A stretch of 64,000 nt of DNA from Eledone cirrhosa (taxonomy: Eukaryota). Each line of letters starts with the position of its first letter. The first letter of the stretch is position 1. Of the stretch, positions 14,178 through 26,660 are shown one piece after another. A program made the translations under genes and the position numbers. Below the pieces are notes generated by a model. That model had not been told where the DNA came from and did not search any database. It saw only the letters and a program-made list of their open reading frames with translations. Location: positions 188,604,001 to 188,668,000 of the forward strand of contig OZ024740.1 in the NCBI GenBank assembly GCA_964016885.1. Reading direction: 5' to 3'.

Positions 14178-15155
14178 CTCTTTCTTCACCCACTTATTCC
14201 TGAGAATAAGTGGGTGCAGTTTACTCAAACACTACCTCCAGTGGGTTCTGTCAGAAATGACCATCTCCAAATGATCTGGCTGATCCCTAAGCATGATCAG
14301 CCAAGCTCATGGATATTATCCAACTGCCTTACTCGGGGTCTACCTTTGGGTTTCCTGCTGGGTTTGCCCTTAAAATCTGTCCATCAATTCTTTCCTGAGA
14401 CATTCTAACTACTTACTTTAAAGAACCTTCACAATAATCCCATTTCGGCTGCTTTTATTCATGATCATATTCTTTCAGTCTTTACCCAAGATTCATGACC
14501 ATAGGTAAGAGTTGGCACAAAAACTGAATTGAAGACAGCGAGTTTGGCTTTTAAGCCTACCTCCCTTCTGATTACTGAATGCTGAAGCTGGTGCATTACT
14601 GCACCAGCTTTTGCAATTCTTGCACTTAATTCAGCCTCCTGCTTTTTGTCACCCGTGAACATGGCCACAACGTACTTGAACTTCTCTACCAGCTTTAGTG
14701 CAACTCCATTCATATGTAGCATGCACTGCACAGGCTTCCTTGAGGGAACGAGTGTGTCAGTTTTTGCAGCACTGATTTTCATTCCAGCCATGCAGCACTT
14801 GTCATCAAACTTATCAAGTGCAAGTCGAAAATTATCTTCTGTCGACTTGAGTAACACCATATCCATGTTGTCTGCAAATTCCAGCCAACTGATTTTACAC
14901 CTGCCAGTCATGATACCACTTCCAGCATGGCTGCGCATGTCAATCCTGTTCATGTAAATAATGAACAGAAGTGACAGTATGCACCCATGTCAAAGTCCAA
15001 CTCCCACATTGAATGGTTTTGATTTAGCACCGTTTATCTGAACACAAATCCTCAAGCATTCATATAGAGACATCAGAGTAGCAAGAAGCTGACCATCAGT
15101 CCCGTACTCCTGTACAGCCTTCCATAGCAGGTCCTGAGAAACATGGCCATATGCC
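14178..15155 (-). mobile_element. Decayed RTE LINE 3' part with terminal stem-loop; the (GAA)n tail at 13907-13967 is separated from it by a SINE
   Basis: ORF 14465-14953 contains FADNMD, KFKYV, TLTYGHESW. An RT 'VGL..GC.LS.LLF'-like motif lies near 14960-15010. Confidence 0.8.
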
Positions 15156-15386
15156 TGACTAGTACTGTAATTAAATCACACTATTCTATGGGATTCAGTT
15201 TGATAGGAACATTTGAGTGCATATGAGAGTGTATATGATAAAAACGTGTTAGTTATATAGATCAGAAATTTCCTTTTTGACAACAATATTGCCAAAACCA
15301 GCTTTGCTTCTATGAAACAAAATCACCCATTTTAAAGTGTTTATATTTAAATAAAAATCCTCCAGCTTAATTTTATTTCAGAACTA

Positions 15387-15865
15387 TAATGACAAACGAC
15401 CAGACGGTATGACCATCTTCCCATTCCGTGGTGGCGAACCCCTCATCTGGGATGCCACTTGCAGCGACACTTTCTCCAGCTGCAACCTGGTGCAGTCTGT
15501 GATTAACCCAGGTACTGCTGCACGTTGGGCTGAGGAAGCCAAACTCTTCAAGTACCGGTCAGTCTCCGACAGGTTCACAGTCGTGCCCTTGGCAGTGGAG
15601 ACTTCTGGTGTCCTTGGCCCTAGGGCTACCTCCCCATTCACCACCATAGGTGCTGAGCTGGCCAGCTGCAGGTGTGAGCCTCACGAGTGGGAATGGCTCT
15701 TCCAGTGCATCTCCCTTACCCTCCTTCAGGGTAACGCCGTCTCCATCCTGTCCACCGGGGCTGTGGGGAGGCCAGCACATGGGACACCCATTTGCTCACC
15801 ATAGGGGTTAATAGGCAAAGTTATAAACTATTGTAAATAAACCTATTTAATACTTTAAAAAAAAG
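15387..15865 (+). mobile_element. 3' fragment of a CRE-like non-LTR retrotransposon (RLE domain)
   Basis: DKRPDGMT..P...G.PLIWDATCSDT...AE..K..KY...PLAVETSG..G...LFQCISL..QGNA.SIL, followed by AATAAA and an A-rich end. Confidence 0.8.
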
Positions 15866-16156
15866 AAGAATTAGGATGTTAAATTACTATCTTTGTAATG
15901 AAATAATTAATAATTTGGGAACATTCCTAAAACTGCATTAATTAATTGAAATAGTGTATTTCATTACAAACAAACCCATAGAAGGGTTAACTTTTCTTCA
16001 TAATGTTCAGTGATACAAAGAACTAGTATGAAATTTCAGTTCATCCTGCATTAAGCAGAGGGGAAGGACAAGTATCCCATTTGTCAGGATGTTGGTGTTA
16101 TTGCAGATTACATTCGCAGCTAGATAAACCGATTACTAGGAAGGAATATTGAGGTG

Positions 16157-16220
16157 TCATCATCATCATCATCATCATCGTTTAACGTCCGTGTTCCACG
16201 CTTGCATGGGTTTGGACGGG
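16157..16220 (-). mobile_element. Short RTE 3' tail insertion
   Basis: (CAT)n cgtttaacgtccgtgttccacgcttgcatgggttt is nearly the exact reverse complement of 62369-62418. Confidence 0.7.
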
Positions 16221-19200
16221 GGTTTTCCCACTTGAGGCAAGAGTGATTGTCTTGCTCGCATAGGACTATGGAATATAATGTATTGCTAAGAGATATAAAT
16301 GCTCCTCTTCAAATTGATTTCAATTCCTAACTTAATAGTTCAATAAATTAACAGGTATGCCATTTTGATTATTTTTGGAAATATAAAATTATATACTCAA
16401 AATTTTACATGCAAACATACACATATAGTTGCAATCTGTATCATTTTACACACACACACATTAATACTCATCAAAACACTACAAAATTTGCATTTTTTAT
16501 GTTTAAGTAAAATTGAATTTTTCTATTTGATTGACGATATGATTCCCTGTTTTTCTTTAACTTCTTTGTAAATGTTCTTGTTAAAAGAGTTATCATTAAG
16601 TTTTCTCTTCATTAAAGAATTTGAAATTAAATATCAATATATATTTCTACATGATTATAGTAGAAATAATTATACTTCTTAAACTGTTATTTGTTATGCA
16701 TGTAAATTCTGCCCCCCCCCCCCCCCCCCCACACACACACACAAAAAAAAAATTCAATACAATGGTGTTATTACTATTGTAGAAGTCGCTTTATTTAAAA
16801 TAATCATGGATCTGGAAATTTATCGTTTCTGTTTAAATTACAATATTTTTGTATGATTTAGGTTGTTTAGAGATATAAATATAATGGAGGGAAATATGAA
16901 AACCTTATTACTATTCCAATACTTAAGTTTTCAACATTTTATTTTCTAAATTAAAACTTGTCACTCTTTTTTTTTTATTATAAATCATTTTAAATATTTA
17001 ACATTTTCTTAAGTATACAAATAATTGAAAATATATAAGATAGCTCCTTTGTTTGTTTGTGTGTGTGTATGTGTGTGTGTGCAACAAAACAAACAAAAAT
17101 TAAGTCAAGATGTGCTAAATTTTAAGAAATAATAGTTCCTTTATTTTTATCCTTATTTCATATTATTTAATTGTTCGCTCTATTGAAAGAATTGCTATCG
17201 CTGTGGTTTTTTTCAAATTTAATTAAATGTTTGTAGAACTTTCTAAAATTTTGTTTGCTTTATTTACTTCAAGCTTTAAGAATATCCAAGTATTGTGTTT
17301 CATAAAATGTATTCAATTGATAACATGAAGTTATTATGCTCATTCTGTTTGTAACTGTTTGTCAAAACAATAAATAGATTCCACTTTCAGTATGTAATTG
17401 TGTTGTTTGTTTCATGACATGCATCCAACTATAAGATACATATAGTAAACGAAAATGACGTTTTTAACTCAGCATATAAATCGATCAGTTATGAATTAAT
17501 TCTTCGTTTGTTTGGTGCTTATACCACAATAAATTCTCTCTCTAATTTTATTTGCTGTGTGATTAGTTCAATAGTTAAAGGGATGTCTTGCTCTCAGCTG
17601 ATCACAGGATTAGAAATCGAAATTAAATTATGAATCTTCTACTGGGAGTGTCGAAAACTTGCCTAAGCTATGATCACAAATCCTTTGACAATAAATATAA
17701 AGTATATAATGGCAAAATAGGAACTTCGGATAATTTATCCTAACATATAACTACATTAGTACTAGACCAAAATATTCATTGTTCATTATTTCCAATTTAA
17801 TGTAAAATTACCTTTGCTCATGCCTGGATCCATGTTACTTTATATGTTCCACAGGCTTTAGAGTACATGTCATAAAGAGAAATAAATATATAGTTGTATT
17901 TATCAAATTATTCGCTCTAAGAGAAAGATAGTAAAAGTTATGTTTGAGACAGAATATAAGAAAAACATAAAACACATTTTGTGTATAAAATGATTATAGT
18001 TTGGTTAATGTGTTGGACATTTAACATGGTCAACATTTAAATCTTATTAAAGCTATTGTGGTGTGCCTTGAGCAAGGTATGTAGCTTCACCTTATACTTC
18101 CACCTGATAAAAAAAAAATAAACACAAAGAAATACTGTTTCTACTTTACTGTGTAAGAATTAATTGCTCCTACAAGGAACGTTTTACCAGTTAATGATAA
18201 AGTAAGGAATATATGGTAATAAAAAGAAAAATTATTAATATATGGTGATCTCTAAACTTTATCAGGTAATGACTTCTCTTGCTGCACTACATTCAGGGCA
18301 AACCAGAATGGTAGAACTGACCACTCTGCATGTTATACCCACTGAATAGGTTGAACTCAGTATTTCATGTTTATGAAATATTTTACAGTACTATTTATCC
18401 CACCATGATATATCCAAGTACAGATTGCTGTTGAAATTCAACAATGTTTACCCTTTATGAAATGCAGTGCCTGGAAAGCAATATGTGGATGACATTATCT
18501 ATCATTTGCCAACCATGCTCTAGCCCACTGTAAACACGTGTAGTATTTATTTTTATATCAGAATAATAAATTCGACAGAACTTTCTTTTATAAATTTATG
18601 GTTCTGGGTATTCCTGAATTCAGTAACTGTATAAAACTTAAAATATGCTCAAATAATATATTTTATTCTGTTAGAAATTGGCAAACAAAAATATTATTAT
18701 TCGTTATTTAATAATTTATAATAACATTCCTGCTGTGAGCTATATTGAAACAGAGCTTGTTTATATGGCAATATAAATAATTATTAATATTTTCGCTAAT
18801 AACATCTAAGCCTCTCTTTTCAAAGGATGTGTGTGTTCCTCCAAAATATATATTAATAACATGTGTTCTCCCCTGCACATGCATCTATAAATATATGTAC
18901 ACAATCATTGATATGAACACCTTATAAACAACTACATTATAATAATTAACATATGTATTATTCATAAATATACGTACATGCAGAGAATTCACACAAATTT
19001 ATCTATCTATATTTCACATATCTTTCACAAGACAAATGACTTTATTGAGGGAATATAAATTAATTTATCTTTAACTTGAAACAATGGCTTCATCATTCTA
19101 TACAACATATGCTTGTTTCTATAATATCCATATATTATATAAAAGTATATATTTTTTCTATATATCTTCTTTTCTTCAAAAAAATGCTTATATATTTTTA

Positions 19201-19949
19201 GATTCTTCTCTAATAGTAACAATAGAATTACACATTTTAATTAAAAATCTTGTGCATGAAATTGGATTATAGCAATTGTGTTAGTGTGCATTAACAGTTC
19301 CAAATTATGAGATTTTTTTTTTATTTTCATTAATTACAAAATACATGTCTTCAGATATTAATGAAATGTTGGAGGTCTTTCAACACACTCACATACACAC
19401 ACTCTTATTTGTCTTCCTTTCTCTCTCATACACACACATTCAACCACACACCCAACTGGTTTTTATTTCTGTTATTTCTATGAAAGTATGTAGTATTTAC
19501 AGCTTCTGCTAATGAAGTATTAGGCTTTTTTATAACAAATATTCAATTATACTGACAAATCTAACAAGGCTTTAAAAAAGAGTTGTTTTTTTTGCATGTA
19601 AAAGCACCTATATTTATTTGATATTCATTGATAATAAACTTAATATTTACATAATACACGTGGCATTCATAATTTTAACAAGCATAAATGATATGGAATG
19701 AATGAGTAAAAAATCCTAACCATGTTATAGTTCTAACCTATTCTACAATATTCTCTCGGTCACATGTGTGTGTGTGTGTTTGTGTGATTATAACTACTTA
19801 TATATATATATATAGGAAAAGAATCAGGACCCCAACGGCTGAGCTCTGGTCATTTCGACAGCTATATGATAATATATACATACATATCAATGTCATTCTC
19901 ATTCCTGATGAACAGTTTTACTTTCCCTATATTGAAAGAAATATAACCA

Positions 19950-20362
19950 TATCTCTTTGCATCTTAGCATATTAGGGTACTACATGCATTGCCCTTAAAA
20001 GCTTGAATAACATTTGAAATTTTACTGCTGGCATTCAAAGCTAAATATGGGCTTGTTCTCCAATACATTGCTGAAATCTTATGTAAATAAGAATGAAAAT
20101 TAAGAGCTGATGTGATCAGGCTTTCTATATGTCAGTTACAGTTCTCTGGAATGAGGTTCCTCTTTCTATATGAACTGCGCCATCTGTGCTGGCTTTCATA
20201 TCAAATTAGGAAATGCCAGCAGTGAACTGCTTTCAAAATATTAGGCTTGTATGCATAAATGAATGAATGATTAGGGCACTTATGGACATCCTTTCATTTT
20301 GATGGATTTATAACACCATATAAGTGTTTTATTATCATTATTATTATTGTTATTATTATTAT
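19950..20362 (+). mobile_element. Decayed L2/CR1-group LINE 3' end with (TTA)n tail
   Basis: From 20111 the frame reads CDQAFYMSVTVLWNEVPLSI*TAPSVLAF, like GDRAFS.A.P.LWN.LP..IR...S...FK. Confidence 0.5.
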
Positions 20363-20364
20363 TA

Positions 20365-20820
20365 AGGGTGGTGGAGTGGCAATATCGGTAGAGCGTCGGA
20401 CACCCTGCTTCGTGGCATAGAGTTACGGCCCTTTACAATTGTGTTCAAATCCTGCAAAGGTTAACTTTGCCTTTCATCGTTATGGGATCAATAAAATACG
20501 AGTAATGCACTATGGTTGATTTAATTGACTTTCCCTTCCCCAAAAGTTGTTGGCCTTGTGCCTAAATTAGAAATGATTATTATTAGTCGTAAGGTGGATT
20601 GGCAGTATCAGTAGAACGTCGGACAAAATGTTTTGCAGCATAGTTATGACCCTTTACGTTCTGAGTTCAAATTCTACTAAGGTTAGCTTTGCCTTTCATC
20701 CTTACATGGGTCGATATATAAAGTATCAGCCATGCAATAGGGTCGATTTAATCAACTTTACCCTCCCCAAAACATTGTGGGCCTTGTGCATAAATCAGAA
20801 ACCATTATTATTATTATTAT
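20365..20820 (+). mobile_element. Two tandem SINE A copies (long subtype): 20365-20585 and 20591-20820
   Basis: Same A/B boxes and central domain. Both carry an extra ~30-nt segment of the form g(t)cgatttaatc(g)acttt.ccct.ccc. Confidence 0.85.
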
Positions 20821-23261
20821 TTGCATTTATCTTGCTTTATGTTTATACGAGTTATCACCAAGTCACAACCAGTGACCTCAAGAGACAACAAGGTCCGCCA
20901 TGTTCAAGAAAGAACACACATATTCACACATGCATCCTTAGTGTTTAGACTTGTGATGTACTTATATTGACAGGATCTTCCTTAGTATATGGGCAGTTCC
21001 CATTAGTACTATCTTTTGTATTTCTCCTATACGCGGGTTTCCTGGGATTTGCGATAAGTAGTCGTTAGACCCCTTAGGTATCATTCCCAGAGCGCCTACA
21101 ACCACTGGTATTGTTTTAGTTCTCAATTTCCACATTTTTCCAATTTCTATCTCCAGGTCCTTATACTTGCTCAATTTTTCAAATGTTTTTATAGATACAT
21201 TCTTGTCTATTGGAACAGACATATCAATTAGCAGGCATACCCTCCTTTGAAAGTCCTTCAATATTATATCAGGTCTATTTGCATCTATTTTTCGGTCTGT
21301 TTGGATGCTAAAGTTCCACAAGATTGAGATGTGATCTTTTTCAAGTATGGGAGGTGGTTGATGCTCCCACCAATTCTTTTGATGGGGCAGGTCAAAATGC
21401 TTGCACATTATCCAATGTATGTATTGTGCAGCTCTGTCATGCCTGTTTAGGTATTCGGTTGGAGCTATAGGACTGCACATTGAAATTATATGGTCAATGG
21501 TCTCTGGTTGTTTTTTGCATACACGGCATAATGGGCTGCACCCATTTTTTATTATGTTGGCTTGGTAATTTTTTGTTGGCAGACACTGATCTTGTGCGGA
21601 TATAATCAGTCCTTCAGTCTCCGATTTCAGTCCAGAGGATGCCAACCACTGATGGGTTAAAGTTTTGTCAACATCAGGATTGTTAGCTCGCTCTGGGTAT
21701 TTTCCATACAGAGGCTTTTCTTGCCATTTCTTAGCCAGTTTCTGTAGCAGTTCTTTCTTTGCAGTTACTTTTACCTGCTTTGCTTTTTTTGTGTTTTCCA
21801 TTTCAGCAGTAAATGGGGCTTCTGAAATTTGTAGTCCATTACTGTATCTTTGTGCATCTTTTGTAATGGAATATGATCTTTTGGTGCTTTCGTGTTTCAA
21901 AACGAGTTTGATCATCCAATCATGTGATTCCCTTAGATATGTGGATAATCCAATTGTTGCAGTTTTCAACGCAATGTCTAACTGGATTAACCCACGTCCT
22001 CCTTCTTTCCTAGGGAGATATATTCTATCTATGTCTGCCTTAGGGTGATGCATTCTGTGCATGGTTAAGAATTTTCGGATTTTTGTATCGAGCCTACGGA
22101 TCTCTGTGCTTGACCAGTTGATGACATTGTAACTGTAGGTTACTACTGGTATGGCAAGCGTGTTTATGGCATCGATCCTATTCCTTGCATTCAATTCCGT
22201 TCTTAAGATTGCTCTGACTCTGCGGTAACATTCCTTCCTTATCCTTTCCCTCATTGTCGAGTGCTTGATTCCGTCTCCTTCACAAACACCTAGATATTTG
22301 TAAGTTTGTTCTTGATCAAGCTCTCTTATCACGTTCCCCCGATCAAGATTAATGTCTGAACTCTTCAGCAGCTTTCCTCTGGTGAACGTTGCTTTGGCGC
22401 ATTTATCCAGTCCAAACTCCATTTTAATGTCATCACTGAACTGCTTCACAGTGGATAATAGCCCTTGCAATTGTTCATCATTTTTTGCAAATAGTTTCAG
22501 GTCATCCATGTAGAACAGGTGATTAATGGTTTTGTCATAGACTCTATATCCATGTTTTGTTTCATTGAGCATTTTACTTAATGGTATAAGTGCGATGCAG
22601 AATAAAAGCGGTGATAAAGAGTCACCCTGAAAAATTCCACAATTAATGTTAACTTCTCCAGCTTCCAGTGATTTTGTTTCACTATTCAAAAGGAGTGTCG
22701 TTCTCCATGTCCTCATACTGAATGACAAAAACCTCCTGATAACGGGGGATATTTTGAAAATCTCTAAACATTTTTCAATCCAACTGTGTGGCAAACTATC
22801 AAATGCTTTTTTATAATCTATCCAAGCAATCGATAGATTTTTGTGTCTATTATGACAATCTTCCAGTATCATTTTGTTAACCAGAAGCTGATCCTTACAG
22901 CCATATGAGCCTCGTTTACACCCTTTCTGCTCAATGGGAAATAGGTCATTTGTTATCAGGTGGTCATATGTGTATTCAGTTAGGACTGATGTTAAAATTT
23001 TATACATTGTGGTCAAGCAGGTTATCGGTCTGTAATTTTTGGGATTGTTTGTCTCATCATTCTTCGGTAGCAGGAATGTAATGCCGTTAACTAGCCATGA
23101 TGGTATCTTTTCTGGCTCCTTAACTATTTCATTGTAAAGTTGGGCTAACAGCTCATGAGACTCTGTGAAGGCATTTATCCAAAAGTTTTGTATTTTGTCT
23201 TTTCCTGGGGATTTCCATTTGCTGGTTTTTCTTAGAGCCAAGCGCAGCTGTTCAACTGTTA

Positions 23262-23265
<4 letters not shown>
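20821..23265 (-). mobile_element. 5'-truncated R4/Dong-like non-LTR retrotransposon inserted in (TAA)n
   Basis: RT-RLE ORF plus a 3' UTR of about 140 nt, flanked on both sides by (TTA)n (20804-20820 and 23266-23330). Dong elements are known to target TAA repeats. Confidence 0.9.
20962..23265 (-). CDS. Reverse transcriptase + CCHC knuckle + restriction-like endonuclease (R4 clade), N-terminally truncated
   Basis: Motifs KSPGKD, NYRPITCL, EQKG, WIDYKKAFDS, GIFQGDSLSPLLF, YMDDLKLF, YKYLG, GGRGL, CRVC..ETIDHIISMC, RHD, RPD..LID..K..KY. No internal stops. The poly-Ile start in the ORF track is microsatellite. Confidence 0.93.
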
Positions 23266-23322
<57 letters not shown>

Positions 23323-23330
23323 TATTATAT
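23266..23330. repeat. (TTA)n microsatellite
   Basis: Direct inspection. Confidence 0.95.
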
Positions 23331-26300
23331 TCATGGTGAGCTACTTTTTATTATTTTCTATATTATTTTGAGTAGAACATAAAACACAATATTGAGAGTG
23401 AAAACTATATGAAATACATTAATTATTCATGTTAGTGCATGTACATAATTCTCATCCATATTCTCTCAATTCTCTGTCTCTTCTTCATATACCTACATAA
23501 ATAATAACTTTGCAGATTCAAATGTTATTCTCAATACTTACTGTGAGGTAACTAAAAATGAAATACTCAATCTAGTTCTATGGAAACTGAACAAACCAGT
23601 ACAATTGAGTCACTAATTTAAGTTGTTTCAATTACAAAATTCTAATTCAAATACCTCTATATTACGTTCAAATTATTATCCATCATGAATATATTTGAGA
23701 ATTCTAGTGTTTAATTCAGAGCAGATTACTTTTAGATGAGACAACTAGTATTCTATAAACAATATTCCTTCATTGTAAGTGTGTCATATATTGTTGCTCG
23801 AGTGATTGGCATTTTTTCATCATTTGAAATTATTCAGAACAGGCATTTCATTTGAAATTAAGCACCTTGAAAGTGCTTCGATGAAGGACCATATTCCATT
23901 TATATGAAAACATGATACAAATAGATATTTTTTCTAAACCAACTAACCTGGTAATGTTATATATATCTATTATGATGATCTTCCCTTAAGATATCAATGT
24001 TAATAGGTTCCACATTCATTTATTATGTTATAGTTTTCCTTTAGCTGTATTTTCTTTACATATATCTTATAAGAAAATGTGATATAAAAGAGAACCAATT
24101 TGGTGTGGTTAGGGGAATGAAAAACATTATTCTCTAATTACCAAGTATGTATCCATGAAAATAAAATAAAAGAAATACGTTTGCTTAATATGAAATGATA
24201 AACATACATAACAGATCTGTGAAATGCACTTCAACAAAAGAAATGATATAAGATGAGAAATCATAAGAAATGTAAAGCTACAAAATAAATATAACAGCAT
24301 AATAGTAACTGATATATATTCTAGTGCAATTTTCTATCAGGCTAATCTATGTCTTCAAACAATGCAACCAATGTAATATTTCCTTGTGTTCTATAGTTGC
24401 AAGTTCTGATAACTGAATACAATTCATGTTACAAAAGATTCATATCTATAGAAAAATACCGATTTCAATTTTGGTTTTATTAAAATAGTTCTCATTATTA
24501 AATATTTCAATATACATATATTCAATAGTCTAACCTTCCTGAAGATATATTCCCTTTGAAATTATATCAACAAGATGATACATTTAACAGAATCTTCTGA
24601 AGTAGTGATAATATTTTAAGTAATTTGAGTAATTATTTCATTGTTTATATGGTATTATAATGAGCAAATTTGTATTTGTATATATTTTCTGTCTATTATT
24701 TAAAATTCAATTTAACTCAGCAATAAATATGTTCAACACAAAAATTACTTTGATTTATAAATAATGCATTAAGCTTTAGTCCTGAACATTGAGAAATAGT
24801 TAACTTTTTGCTAAATAGATAACACTACTGATACACTTCAAAGCCATAACTGCAAACAGTAAGTTTATGCAAAACCCTTAAAACATGCATTTAGTTGTGG
24901 AAAGGCATTAATGTTACATAACATTTAATGTCATTCAAAGATATCTGAATGTTCAATAATATTAGATTTAAAAGTAGACATCTATGAAGGACGAGTATGG
25001 TTTTCTAAGATATTTGTTTCCAGTATACATTATTACACCAACTTACACATGCTTATGTTTGCAAATCTAGTTAATTGGATACTTATCGCCTCAAAGAATT
25101 TAACACTTAAAATAGGAATGATATATCTGACAATACGCCAAGAAAGTGGTGTATCAGTGAAATGTAGCATGCCTAACAGAATGTCTATATGAGTATATTG
25201 AAAAAAAAACGAAATATACAATATTGTTCTATGTTTATACAAGATCTTCAATTCCTATTATTTCAATAACACAGTGAAAGAACAATTTTGAAATTGAAAA
25301 ACAAAAAATGTCTTTCAAAAGGAAAGCTCAGGCTCATTAATAACATGAAATATAATTATTTCAATATGATTTTGAGCAATTTCTATATAATAGAATACAG
25401 CTTAGAGAAAGCCTGAAGATTATAGATTTATATAGTTTAGTATTCCTAATAGAAACCCTTATGCCAAGGATATTATCTCTAACAATGCTGATAAAAGATA
25501 AAATGCACACAAGTGTTCTTCTAGATTATCTTTGTCTTGAATTATTTTATCTAAAAAAAACATTCTTCTATGAAAAAAATATTCAATAGAAACAGGAGCT
25601 TAATATATGAAATTGGAATCTAGTAGATGAAAACGCTGCAAAAACCCTTCATATATGTGTGGGTGTGTATGTTTACGCAGGTATAAAAACCAGTGTTATT
25701 TATGTTGTGTCTCTTATATCTCAAAACATAAAGGGACATGACATAGAGTGTCATAGCATTGCTACAATCCAGTGACCAAAATCAATAGAAGAGTAGAAAA
25801 ATATAGTTTTGGCTGACAATAATTTTAAAAATCGTCAGTTCATCATCATGAATTATGATTTTATTCCAGCATTTCTCCATACACAACTCTACTCTGGAAT
25901 ATTTACAATTAACATTTAAGATCTAAATTTTAAAAATGATCAATATGCGAATCAAAAGATCAAAATGTGCTCAAACTAGCTATATTTAGGTTTTATAGTA
26001 GCTTAATCCGTTATGTTGTGTGTTCATGAACAGGTTGACCAAATGAGATTTAAAAATGCCATCATTTGGAAGCCCTATAGCGTGAAGCAACCATGAGATA
26101 AAATCAATACATTTTAAATTATTAAGACATTAAGATGTTTTCTGATTTAAAAGTTGTATCTCACTGACAGAACACCATATAAATATCAAATTGAATTCTC
26201 AGTTACAAACTGGATTTGAATGAATCTGTAGCAGATAAATTTTATCAACCTAAATTTTGTTATGTTACTCTGCATTAGAAAACAATTAACTTTATTCTGA

Positions 26301-26411
26301 GTATTCACACTAGTCAATTATTTTCTCATGTTTTTGATAATCTATCATTTCCAAAACTGTAAATCTGTGGTGATTGTAGAGTTTTAATTTTCTTATACAG
26401 AACATGCTAAT

Positions 26412-26428
26412 TACTACTACTACTACTA

Positions 26429-26472
<44 letters not shown>
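26412..26472. repeat. (TAC)n microsatellite
   Basis: Direct inspection. Confidence 0.95.
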
Positions 26473-26473
<1 letters not shown>

Positions 26474-26660
26474 CTTTTCCTTCTTCTTCCCTCCCTCTCC
26501 TCCTTCTGGGAGGGTCTTGGGAGCAGAAATCCACAATCATTCCTTCCAGCAGGTCCTGACAAAAAGCAACTGTCTCCAATTGATCCAGCTGGATCACTAA
26601 GCCAGGCCAGCCAACTATCCTGCTGGGTCTCCAGCTGGTTGATGGTAAATGTCTGCCTGC
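26473..26660 (-). mobile_element. RTE 3' fragment next to (CTA)n
   Basis: Similar to 14240-14330. Confidence 0.45.

Noticed and set aside
15171-15990. piggyBac-like MITE (TTAA ends, ttctatggg inverted match)
   Set aside because: The left terminus matches too poorly to call.
23266-23334. Poly-Ile N-terminus of the 790-aa ORF as a signal or transmembrane segment
   Set aside because: It is translated (TAA)n microsatellite; the element is 5'-truncated.
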